This document shows, in pieces, positions 1 to 10,550 of a stretch of DNA of 64,000 nucleotides. The stretch comes from Desmophyllum pertusum. Taxonomy: Eukaryota. Position 1 is the first letter of the stretch; each line of letters opens with the position of its first letter. A program made the translations under genes and the position numbers. Under the pieces are notes generated by a model, which saw only the letters and a list, made by a program, of their open reading frames with translations, made no database searches and was not told the origin of the DNA. The DNA lies in the NCBI GenBank assembly GCA_029204205.1, contig MU825873.1, positions 7,136,407-7,200,406 on the forward strand, written 5' to 3'.

Positions 1-159
1 CCCAGAGAGCTTGCTACGCAGGCTACAAATGAAATGATTTGAATGATCCTTTCAAAATAAATATCCCATCATTTGTTTAGACACAGGCCTTTATTTGAGG
101 TCCCGCATTTATTTAAATCCGAAATTATGAAACTTGTTAAACAACAAATGAGTTTAAAA

Positions 160-435
160 CGGCCCAGTAGTTTGAAAACTAATCCAGGATTAAAATCTAA
201 TAGAGGTTTTAATTTCGTTGATTTAATTTTTTACAAAAGTTCTAACAATTCCAAACGCTTTCAACTAAAACGTCATCAGGGTTTTTCTCTTATAGAAAAT
301 TGTTTTTCATTGCTAATGTTTGTGCAGTTTGAGATTAGTCAAAGTCAAAACTGAAAGACAAAAAAATATAAACTGAAAAGTTACAAAACTCAGAGAGAGC
401 AATTTTCAGGGTTATCGTGCTTTAAACAACTAGAC
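160..435. mobile_element. MITE copy, same family as 24783-25029
   Basis: Shares AATCCAGGATTAAAA and ...GTTTGAGATTAGTCAAAGTCAAA(A/T)C(T/A)GAA(A/G)GACAAAAAAATATAAAC...GAAAAGTTACA with the 24783-25029 copy. Confidence 0.55.
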
Positions 436-720
436 CCGGGTGGCTAAATCGAATATCGAGTACCAGTATACTTATGCAAATGAACAATCCAACTGGCTGA
501 GCTACTCGTATACTATCAGCCATTAGTGTGCAGTGATGGAGGTCGTCTACAAAATTGCGGTTTCTTCTCGTTTTTCCGAAGTTTCGGAGGAGTATTTAGA
601 GCTTTTACTAAAACAATTAGATTATTCGCTCTCAATTTTCTATGATGAGATAGTTGATTCGACCTGCGGCCTCATCAACTATCACATAGAAATCTCGAGC
701 TCCGATAATCTAATTGTTAA
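430..720. repeat. dispersed repeat containing a ~100-bp hairpin (613-716); inverted twin at 52321-52570
   Basis: CAATTAGATTATTCGCTCTCAATTT..ATCTAATTG hairpin plus a flanking segment. Both are present in reverse orientation at 52321-52570. Confidence 0.6.
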
Positions 721-1439
721 TTATGGTATATATAAGGAAAGGATGTCTTATTATTTGAACGTGATACCTTGTGTACTATTAAATTGTCAGGTCATGGTTT
801 TAAAATGGCCCCTGTTGTTGGCAAGATCCTCTCACAGATGGCTCTTGGTGAGAAAGTGCAGAATGATGTGCTACCTTTCAGGCTTTCCAGGTTTACAAGC
901 TTCAATGGAACGAAATCTTCACTATAAAATGTTGCCAAAAGAGTTTCTAGCTCTGAAAAATGATTATGACTGTTCAAAGGGAAGGAGATGATGGTGTATG
1001 GTCACACATATTTTCTTGAAGAGTTCAACACAATTTACTGAACTGGAAACTATCAGGATCAGTAATTATTATCCAACTTCAGTCAGTAGAGTACTAATAC
1101 TGATGCGCGAAACGAGTACAAATATCCCGCGATATTATGCAGTTAGTTATTTTGTACAGTTTGGTATTTAGTTGTTATGGAAACCGTAAGCGCGCGCGTC
1201 AAATTCTTCGTTTTTGGACCGTCTAATAAAAGTGTGTAGTATCTCTGTATATTTTTACTTGTTTGTATTAAATACAGCACAACTCGTAAAAATATACAGC
1301 GATACTACAAATTTTAGTGCAAAGTGCACTATAGGTATGGATACGATAAGAAGCTAATTCGCTACTTCACTAGGACTATATAAATCCAGTTTCGTGTGTC
1401 AGAAATCTTGGCTCGTGGTTTGATAGCAAGTTAAGTAAG

Positions 1440-1800
1440 CTTATGTCTACTCATATCGTGAAGATTTGTAATGCAGCATTTCCCATCTACATAATATTAG
1501 GCGGATTCGGGATTCTTTACTCACTTCATCAATGGCCTGCTGTATGGTCTCCCGAAGGGACAGACTGTAAAATTACAACGAGTACAGAATGCAGCAGCAA
1601 GACTTGTTCTGAACATTGGGAAGTGTTCCCATAAAACACCGGCCGTCTATGAGCTCCACTGGTTGCTGGTATGCTGGCGTATTCATTATAACATTTTAGT
1701 TCTAACTTTTAAAGCAATACATGAGCAATTGTCATCATATACGTGATTTTATAATTACCATCAAGTCTAAATTATCTTATCATCTCAGGTCCAACGCAGG
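1440..1800 (+). mobile_element. 3'-terminal fragment of a non-LTR (L2/CR1-like) retrotransposon
   Basis: One frame of 1553-1700 reads QRVQNAAARLVLNIGKCSHKTPAVYELHWLLVCWRIHYNILVLTFKAIHEQ. This is the conserved ORF2 C-terminal tail of L2-type LINEs (IQNAAAR..ITPVL..LHWLPV..RI.FKIL). The sequence is decayed by stops beyond that point. Confidence 0.6.
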
Positions 1801-1912
1801 TCGCCAAAGCGCTGTATAAGTCTTTGTATGGAGCTGAAATTCGATCAAAAATAATTTTCACTTTTCTTTGGAAAAGTTGTAAATAATGTGAATTAAAGTG
1901 TTCAAACCTCAC

Positions 1913-1953
1913 CTGTTGTCTTTTCCTGTGTTTTTATCGCTTCCGGAGGCCAT
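1913..1953 (-). other. candidate first coding exon of an unidentified minus-strand gene (speculative)
   Basis: The minus strand reads cccaaaATGGCCTCCGGAAGCGATAAAAACACAGGAAAAGACAACAG|GTGAGG. It has a Kozak-like ATG, a 41-nt ORF (MASGSDKNTGKDN) and a consensus donor. CCGGAAGC (ETS) and AAAATGGCC (YY1-like) overlap the start. A second minus-strand donor consensus GAAAG|GTAAGTAC lies at ~2141-2152. Confidence 0.2.
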
Positions 1954-3721
1954 TTTGGGCGAATTTTGACCTCCGGTCGAATCTGCCACTGTGGCGTACT
2001 AAGAGAAGAACAAGGTCGGAAACGAATTTGAGCATTTCGCCAAGCGTTTTTCGACGTCCGGTTCGAAACGTTCGCTAAAAACCGATTTCTTCCCCAGCCG
2101 GCGCTTTCAAACCCCATGCACTAAATATCAAGTAGGATGTTGTACTTACCTTTCTGTGTGATTCAATCGCCAATAGACCGATCTCTCGAAGCACAGTTTT
2201 ACGTTGAAAACAGCTAAATGTTTTGAAACGAATTTATATGGGGAAGTGACTTTGGTGGACAGTAGTGCGGGGAATTTGGGGTAAAAACAAAACGGGCTTT
2301 AAGAAATCCCTTATAAGATAGCAAAAACACGGCGGTTGTCGATTCTCCTTCCCTCCAAAACAAGATCGTGAACAGGAATTTCCGTACCCACATGTCAGGA
2401 GGACTAACGAACTCCACTGGACTGTCGACTAACTTGCAATCTCAAACTTATAAATTAAACACTTTTCACTAGCCATTGAGTCTCTGGGTTAAGTGTGTAG
2501 TATCGCTGTGTCTAATAAGATATACACCTATTTCAATTAACGTTGTCGGATAGAAGCTAGCCTGCGAGCAAGCTCTCTTACTCTCCCAAAACCCCAAGAG
2601 AGCTTGTTCGCAGGCTAGATAGAAGCGAAGCCTACAAGACAAGACCGAATGGTTGCCTGGGTACTCATTATAATTTGCAATATCGATGGAAAAGAAATCT
2701 GCAAGTATTTATTTTGCCCGTGATTAATTTGCTGTACCCCGAATTAGATTTTTTCCATGTTTATCCACTAGCTGTTGTATGTTTCTGATAAAGTTTGGCT
2801 AAAAGCAGCTTACTTCTACAGGTTTAAAACTAAAAGGAAACGTTAGAATTAAAGTGTTCGTGTTCTTATATTTTATTAGTATTCGTTGCGTGCAGCAGTT
2901 TTCTACTCTTTTATAAATTGTGAAATCCAAAATTGCACGAGTCTCTAAATTAGTCTCTACACTTTACATTACTTTGTTCCTGTTGGTTTTAACTTCACGC
3001 CTTTCTCTAACAAATAGGTACGCAACGCGTACATGTGTCTACTGCAAAGTTTTCCAAAGGTTGATTTGTCATTTGGAAGTGGTAAAGTCTTTGGGTATAC
3101 CTGAATGCCATTTTTCCGCCACCTAACATGGGTTTAATGGAAATATCTCGTTCACGTTTCAAGCAATCCAAAAAACTATTCACTCATATCGTGAATCTAT
3201 GTTATGGGGTGTTTTGTACATTTTTGGGTGATTTTTGGGTATGTTTGGGAGGAAATGGTTTTTCTCAAAGGAGTTGTAAAATTTAGGGAAATAAACAATA
3301 TTGAAGATTTAATGTAGTTTTAAAATTAGAATTTGAAGTTAAAAATTAGTAGATTGACATTGACAGACAGTTGATAACCACGCAAGAGCACCCGCGTGGG
3401 TATCAACTGTCTGTTGGTGTTCCAAAAAATTTATTTCCTTCTATCCCTTCTTTAAACCTCTTAAAATTTCATTGAAATTCAGGTATACCCCCGCCTTAAG
3501 GTGGCTCATAATAGTTTAGACCTTTCCGTCTCTGGCATTCTATCACAAGTACACCAATGATATTTAACAATAATTTCTAAAACAAATTTGTATAGCTTTT
3601 ACTAAGGAACAAATTGAGATACATCTGACATCAAAATTCATTGCCATGGCAACGTCAAGGGAGGTCAAACGTACCCTAAGTTTGACCTTTTGAGGCCAAT
3701 AACTTTAAAACTACTCGGTGA

Positions 3722-3907
3722 AAGTTTTTCTATTTGATGTATTTTTGTCTTCTCGACAAGACAAGCATTTTTACAAATTTAAAAAAAAACTGTAGGTAGG
3801 GTTCAGAGCCACCTTAAATTTAAAGTGGCTCTGAACCCTACCTACAGAATTTCTTTAAAATTTGTAAAAATGTTTGTCTTGTTGAGAAGACAAAAATACA
3901 TCAAGTT
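3722..3907. repeat. long near-perfect inverted repeat / foldback (~90-bp arms, centre ~3815)
   Basis: The left arm is tatttgatgtatttttgtcttctcgacaagacaagcatttttacaaattt...ctgtaggtagggttcagagccaccttaaattt, and the right arm is its reverse complement. The core is a perfect 58-bp palindrome. Confidence 0.75.
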
Positions 3908-4269
3908 TTTAGCACAAGGTTCCAAATATTCTCGAAACCAAGCTAAAACGAGGCAAAACGGGCATCATCAAGTGCCGAAGATAGCAAGAAAAAATGGGGG
4001 GAGTAAAAGGAAAGGAAAAAAGAGAAGGAAAAAATCAGAAGAAAAGTCTTTTTTTGGCTATGCACTGTGGCCAACGATACAATTGAATGGTTTTGCCCCA
4101 AAACCTTTTTAAAATCTCCCCCTAGTTCTCCAAATGGCATTTTTAGCAACGGTTAGTCAAATTTCGGGTGACTGAACACCAAGAAAACGGTTTCCGTGAC
4201 CCAAAAATGCGTTTTTCAGTGCGAATTCTGGTACCTTAAGGGTTAAATAAACCGAAATATAACTACCTA

Positions 4270-4500
4270 AGTAAACGTGTCCTACAGCTAAACTATACGG
4301 TATACAAATCTGCAAGTGAACAACACCCCGAGCGTAACGAGAAAGACCAACAGACCATATGCAGACCGGGCGAAACGTGAAAAACAATATGTAAATGAAC
4401 AACACCCCGGGCGTAACAAGAAAAACAATACCGGTATGCAAATGAACAACACCCCGGGGGCGAGGAAAACAATAGGCAAATGAACAACAGCTAGACGGGC
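4270..4500. repeat. tandem repeat, ~55-bp unit x4 (CAAATGAACAACACCCCGGGCGTAACRAGAAAAACAATA...)
   Basis: The direct repeats are visible by eye. They are the source of the spurious minus-strand ORFs at 4157-4681. Confidence 0.7.
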
Positions 4501-5364
4501 AAAACGAAACTAGCAAAATCAAATAAAATCCAGAAGTATAAAAGATACAACGGTAAAAGGCGAGGAGGAGGAAACGATAACTCCAAAGAAGCTGAAGAAG
4601 CAGCAGAACCAGAAGGAGGAGAAGAAACCTTGCTGACCATGGCCGGTGGCTGGGAAACTTGGACGCAATCAGGAGAAACAACAGCCAACTGAATCGACAA
4701 CAGCACCGTTGAAAGGACAGAAGCCAGAAGAGTTTGAAATTTTAGGAACTTGTGTGTCCTAAGAAGAAGCTGAACGTTTCGGAGGCATAGCAGTTATGGA
4801 CGACAAGAGCTACAACTTGAACGTACGAGAAGCTAGCATGTATAACGAGAGCAAAAGGCCCTTTAGGCCATGACGTAAAACGGGTTCTTAAACGGTATGT
4901 TTTAAAACCTCGGGGAGATACTCCCACATGTAAGCTATTTAGCCTATTCGCCTATTTTAGGTATGTCCCGCGGGAAAAGGTATGGTTTTTGAGGTGTTCA
5001 GTCCAGCACTGTACAGATTCCTTAAAGATGATTTACAGTCCGTACTACGCAATCTCCACCTGCAATGTTTATGAGTCTCATACGAAGGAATGTAAATACT
5101 AGCGAAAATAGAAATTGTTGTAAAAACTTACATTTTTCTTCATTATTAACGCCAGATATCCTTTCCAAACGATAATAACGAGTAGAAGAACCTCGGCGTT
5201 ATCCCAAACCGAACGACCCGTAATGGCGGACTCAAAACTTCATGTACGCTATCACCAAAGTGTAACGTATCAACATATTCAAAACAAAAATTAAAACAAA
5301 CCCTGAGCATGCGCCGTGCGGACTGGAAATTATCTTTAAGTTCTACATAAAGAAAGGCAACAAT

Positions 5365-5811
5365 CCCGGGGGGGGTACTCCCAAAAATTTGGGTGGGGGT
5401 GTGCTGCTGGGCTATAAAAACCCTTACCCTGTACCAGAGCACAAAACGCTAATTTTGCGACCCTGTTCCAGCCTAAATGTTGAAAAAAGATACCCTGTTC
5501 CAGAGGATTTTTAACGACTTTTTTTCTAACCCAAAAGGCTAAACTATAAATGAGCACTGCTAACGTGTAGCTGTAAAGCTTCTTTAATACTCCTGCGCGT
5601 TTCGTTTCGTCTGACTAACGTAGACTTCGTCTACCCTATTCCAGAGTATAAATTACCGATCTTCGTGCCAACTTCTGGGAAACTGATACCCTGTTCCAGA
5701 CCAAAAAATGCCTTTTGGTATACCCTGTTCCAGAGCAAAATGCTAAAAAACCATACCCTGTCCAGCGGCACGTACCTATATAGCGTATATAAGGGAGTAC
5801 CCCCCCGGGGG
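5365..5811. mobile_element. MITE, CCCGGGGGGTACTCCC-TIR family, copy 1
   Basis: TIRs are cccggggggggtactccc ... gggagtacccccccgggggc. Internal tandem subrepeats are (A)TACCCTGTTCCAGAC x6. It is flanked by CAACAAT on both sides, a candidate 7-8 bp TSD. Confidence 0.7.
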
Positions 5812-6203
5812 CAACAATACAGAAAAATCAATTCGAAATATGTTTTGCAAGTGTTCAGAGCTTTCAAATGTTAATATTTATATGGAAAGCTTGATATTTT
5901 AGTGTACCATTCCACCTCATTTTTCAGTTTTGGGCCTTAAAAAGAGTATCAATTTTCTCTTATTGGTTCGCAAGCATCACAACGAATCCAAGCACATTTC
6001 AAATGCGGTTCAAATGAGAAACTCCCGAAGTTGCACATTTCACAGACAAAAAAAATGCTATAAAAATGTAAGCATGCAGTGTCGAAACTCCAAGCGCAGG
6101 CCTAAGGAGCAGAGGAGTCCAATTTGCTGTTAAAACAGTCAAGCAGCTCACCTTTCCATTTGGCGAAGAGTAACCGGAAAACCTTCCTCTCTTTAGACTT
6201 GTA

Positions 6204-6630
6204 GGGGGGTACTCGCCAAAATTTTTGGTGGGGGTGTGCGGCCCGCTTCTTGAAACCCTTACCCTATTTCAGACCAAAATATGTGGTTTTTGATACCCTA
6301 TTTCAGACCTGACCCAAAATCGATACCCTATTTCAGACGTATAAAATTAGTACACGTGTCTAATACATGACTTCAGCTACCCAGGAATGGGTTCCATTTG
6401 CGCAAACACTTGAAAAGGGCTTCAAATTCCCCGATGTTAATGGAAAAAAACAGTTTCGTCTAAAAGCCAAACCAAATTCCAGACCAGAGTGCACAAAACA
6501 TACCCTATTTCAGACCAAAATGGTCAAAATCTATACCCTATTTCAGACCAAAACGGCTCAAAATCCATACCCTTTGGGGCGGCACATACCTATATAGCGA
6601 ATATAAGGGAGTACCCCCCTCCCCCCGGGC
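6204..6630. mobile_element. MITE, same family, copy 2
   Basis: Ends are ggggggtactcgcc ... gggagtacccccctccccccgggc. Internal subrepeats are ATACCCTATTTCAGAC x5. It lies in tandem, about 400 bp downstream of copy 1. Confidence 0.65.
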
Positions 6631-9101
6631 TTTATACATTCAGCGGAGGATAGCTCTGACACTAATAGAGAAACTGAATCTGAATTATCCCTAACGCAGC
6701 TGTTATTTGTGTCGTCACGCGTTGCGTGACGACACAAATAACGCGGGCTGCGTAGGAGACTAAATTATCCCGAGATTCTCAAATTTTTGCCTCAAGAGAC
6801 GACTGGGGAAGAGAGAGGTGACAGGCGGCAATCCAACCCATTGTAAAGCATGCCTTTATCCATTGATAAATTTGTCAGATGGCTTACTAATTAGCTAACG
6901 CCATATAATTCCCTTGGGAGAAAAGTCCCATGCTAAAATGACGCAAAACTATGTTTTTACGTCATAAAAAGGCGATATTGCTAGGTTGCTCAGCCCTTAT
7001 GTACGCATGAATAGATCATGAATAGTGGGACACACCAGCGGGTAGGATTATTAACAATTATTCGCCGAAGGCGAAGTGAATATTCACCAATATGCACGAG
7101 CCTGAGGCGAATAATTGTTTTATAATATACAAAACAAACGGAAAATGTTGAATTTCTCCGAGAAAAATACCAAAACGTTCCGCCATTTTTTAACCGAGAC
7201 AAACAAAATTGAACTTCGCGGCATTTCCAAATAAGGTACTCATGGTCTCAGAGACAATATACCCTCTCTAGGGAACCAATCAAATTGCTCGAAAATGCAT
7301 TATCCTATGGTTAGTATATCATAAGACACAAATATCCGGATATGTTTTGAGATATTTAGAACTTTTTCGGATATTTAGAAAATTTCAAGATATTTAGAAA
7401 AAAATTGATATTTTAGGTGATATTTAGGATTTTCTTATAGGCCTCATGGCTTTTATGTATATTTTCTCGATGTTGCTTACAGTTTAATACCCGTTCCCGG
7501 TCACAGTCTTATACAAGTGAAGTATTAGTGAACTGAGTAAACAATGTTTATGTTCTGCTTTCAAGTTTCAATATTATCACTGTTGTACACGTAGAGTCTA
7601 GAGAGTAGAGACTGTGTACGGGTTGTACATTATGACAATAAATGAAACTTAATTGTTTTTATTGAGTCGTAATTGTGATATTTATAAGAAAATTTTTTAG
7701 AAAATGTTTGAGATATTTAGAAAATTTTTTGAGATATTTAGAAAAAATTTCCAGATATTTAGAAAATTTTTTGGGAATTTCCGGAAAGAAATTCAGGCGA
7801 TTTTACGTGATATACTAGCCCTACCAGCGGGCTCTTTGATTTTGAAAATTCCGCCATATTTTACGATTGTTGTTGCTATTGGTGGTTTTCATCAACATTA
7901 CAAAAACTGTTTGCTTGCATGAACAACATCAGAAAATTAACGGTAAAAGAACTGGCAGAAAGAAACATTTTGTTCAAATTATAGCTTTGTAGCGTTTTTC
8001 ATAACCGAGTTATTGCCAAACTAAGTTTCAGAAAATTACAGTGTTTTCAGTGTTTAGTATGCCGCCGCCATCTTGGTGCCCTTCTCTGGGGCACCAACAT
8101 GGCCGCCATAAAATTGCACAAGAAGTAGAGTATATTCTACCGTCAATATCATTAGCTTTCACTTCAAATCTGTTTAGACACCACTTCTGAATTATTATCA
8201 CGTCTGAAAATTTAAAAATGATATAAAATATCCGTTTTTTGTGACAGTTCATTAACACGTTCATCCGGGACATCACAAATTTCAAATAGCTTTATTTCCA
8301 AAAGGAATCACTGGATCGATACCACACTTTGCATATAGATTAATGATTTCCATGTCTAGAAGATATAAAAAGAATAGCTTTGTAGGATTATAAACAGTTT
8401 AGATTTTAGAATTTTGATGACGTCAGATGAAAACAAAGAATTGTTGCTATGGTTTTTAAAAGTTGTCAGCCCCAGTTTCCTCGTGCTAAGGCCCTACCGG
8501 CGGGCTCTGGGTTAGATTCGATCGTTCGCTAGTTCCACCCTCCTGAAACTGAAACTTTCGAAAGCGAAGTATTGCAGGTGGCTCGATTTTTTTGCAGAAG
8601 TTACGGTAAGCTACAAATTATTTAAACACCTCGATCCTTAACTGTTTGTGTTTAGTGGATAGTACCTGCTGTCCCTAGCTAAGGACACTTGAAAGTAACA
8701 CAAATGCATAAGCTAAAGCTTATATTTCCGGTTTATTATGACCATAATTTATCGTGAACACTCCGAACCCTAACTCCTATTTATAAAGCTTTAAATAATA
8801 ATATCTCTAAACGAATAGTTCTGCTGGTTAAAGTTGTTAGTATTTACCCACCAATGGTACATCCTTTCATTGAGAATTGTGTCAGGGAAAAATAATTTTG
8901 AAGTGGTGGAATGATGTTCCTAAATATAAGCTTATAAGCTTAAGTTAACTTAACTTAAGCTTATTAAAGTTGAGTATTAAGGGGCTATGTGTTAATTTGT
9001 TATTCTTGAGTGTGGCAGTCTGCAGTCTGCAAAATTTCTGACACCGGTGTAGACCAGATATGATGCCATTTATTTAAAATATATAAATAAATAATTTACA
9101 G

Positions 9102-10550
9102 GGACAGTGCTAAACCACGAAACACCGAAACACCGAAACACCGAAACACCGAAACACCGAAACACCGAAACACCGAAACAGCTATTTTTTTTCTTATTTT
9201 TTTTTTTAGCGAAACACCGAAACAGCAATTTATTTTTTAATGGTTATATTTTGCTGATATAATTTCCGATGGCAAGCTAAAGCTATGTACAGTTAAGCCC
9301 CAGCAAGTTTATATTTGGGAGGAGCGTTGCGCGACGGACTGTGCTAAACCACGAAACAGCGAAACGAAACAACGAAACACCGAAACGAAACACCGAAACA
9401 GCGAAACAGCTATTTTTTTCCTTCTTTTGTTTTAACGAAACACCGAAACAGCTATTTTTTTGTAACGGTTATTTACTGAACAAAGGCTCAAGAGATGTAG
9501 TGGTCTGTAGTGTATGTGCAATTGCGTGACCTTACATGCAGTACGCCATGTGCATGACCACTTATCGGCTTTAGATTTACTCAGTACTTTATACCTTCTT
9601 GGAGAACAGAGAATATCTCGCGTTTTTCTTTACGTTTATATAATCGGAGAACTAGCTAAATGGTTTTGTCAAATTTAATTGGAAAACAGCCCGAGCCGTT
9701 CTACTGGACTTTTTGTAAAGCTTGCAATTAACTTCAGAAACGTTCGATTATTAAATTGTCGTCGTTTTGTTTTGGGCTCCTTGCATGTAAATTCGCGCTG
9801 GTAAATTTCACTGCTTCTTTTGTGGCTATATAAATATATCTGTAAAATCGTGATAAAAATGCTTGTTACTGTGGTGGGTGTCAAAACATAGTATAATTTT
9901 GCAGCTTCAGAAATCCGTAATATAATTTTTCAAAGCCGGTCGTTTTCTTAGAAAAGTCAACCGAAATTCCGGAATATTCGCCGCGCACCAGACATCACAG
10001 CTTGCCCTATTCGTACCCAAGTGGATCGTTCTTTCGCTGCGAGGATTGTTATAATTTACTGACTGAGAAGCTTCGGAAAGCTTTAAACTGGGCGTCTGCT
10101 GCGTCCGTATGCCGAATGCAAATTCTGCTGGGATTTAATTACCTGTAGAGTCAACAAATCGAACTTGAACTTGCGAGGAAGACATTCATTCTTCGCTCAT
10201 CACTAGTATAAGGGGTGGATCTACAAGCGACCTTAAAGTTTTTTGGGTTAGTAGCCTTCATTTTATTTGGAGTATTTATCTAAGATCGCGAGCTCATGTT
10301 TATAGCCAATGTTTCACTATACTAGTCGCCGTGACATACAGTCGCCGTTTATTTGTGTCGTCGCGCAACGCTCCTCCCAAATATAAACTTGCTGGGGCTT
10401 AATAGCTTGCCATCGGAAATTATATCAGCAAAATATAACCATTAAAAAATAAATAGCTGTTTCGGTGCTGTTTCGCTAAAAAAAAAAAGAAGAAAAAAAT
10501 AGCTGTTTCGGTGTTTCGGTGTTTCGGTGTTTCGTGGTTTAGCACTGTCC
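9102..10550. mobile_element. nonautonomous DNA transposon with ~230-bp TIRs carrying a (GAAACACC)n microsatellite; 8-bp flanking duplication
   Basis: The left arm is 9102-9340 (GGACAGTGCTAAACCAC + (GAAACACC)7 ...GCGTTGCGCGACG). Its reverse complement is at 10340-10550, with 3 units of the microsatellite. An extra partial arm copy lies at 9341-9480. The flanks are ATTTACAG and TTTTACAG. No coding capacity is evident inside. Confidence 0.7.

Noticed and set aside
533-991. 152-aa ORF near the window start
   Set aside because: It spans the hairpin repeat at 613-716 and its inverted twin at 52321. The composition is low-complexity and it has no similarity to anything I recognise.
3825-4149. Lysine-rich 95-aa ORF and antisense 68-aa ORF
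   Set aside because: Both are generated by the arms of the long inverted repeat at 3722-3907 and the adjacent A-rich tract.
9111-9180. Regularly spaced 8-bp repeats (GAAACACC)7, considered as a CRISPR-like array
   Set aside because: This is eukaryotic DNA. The units are contiguous with no spacers, which makes them a microsatellite. They are part of a transposon TIR that recurs inverted at 10500-10540.
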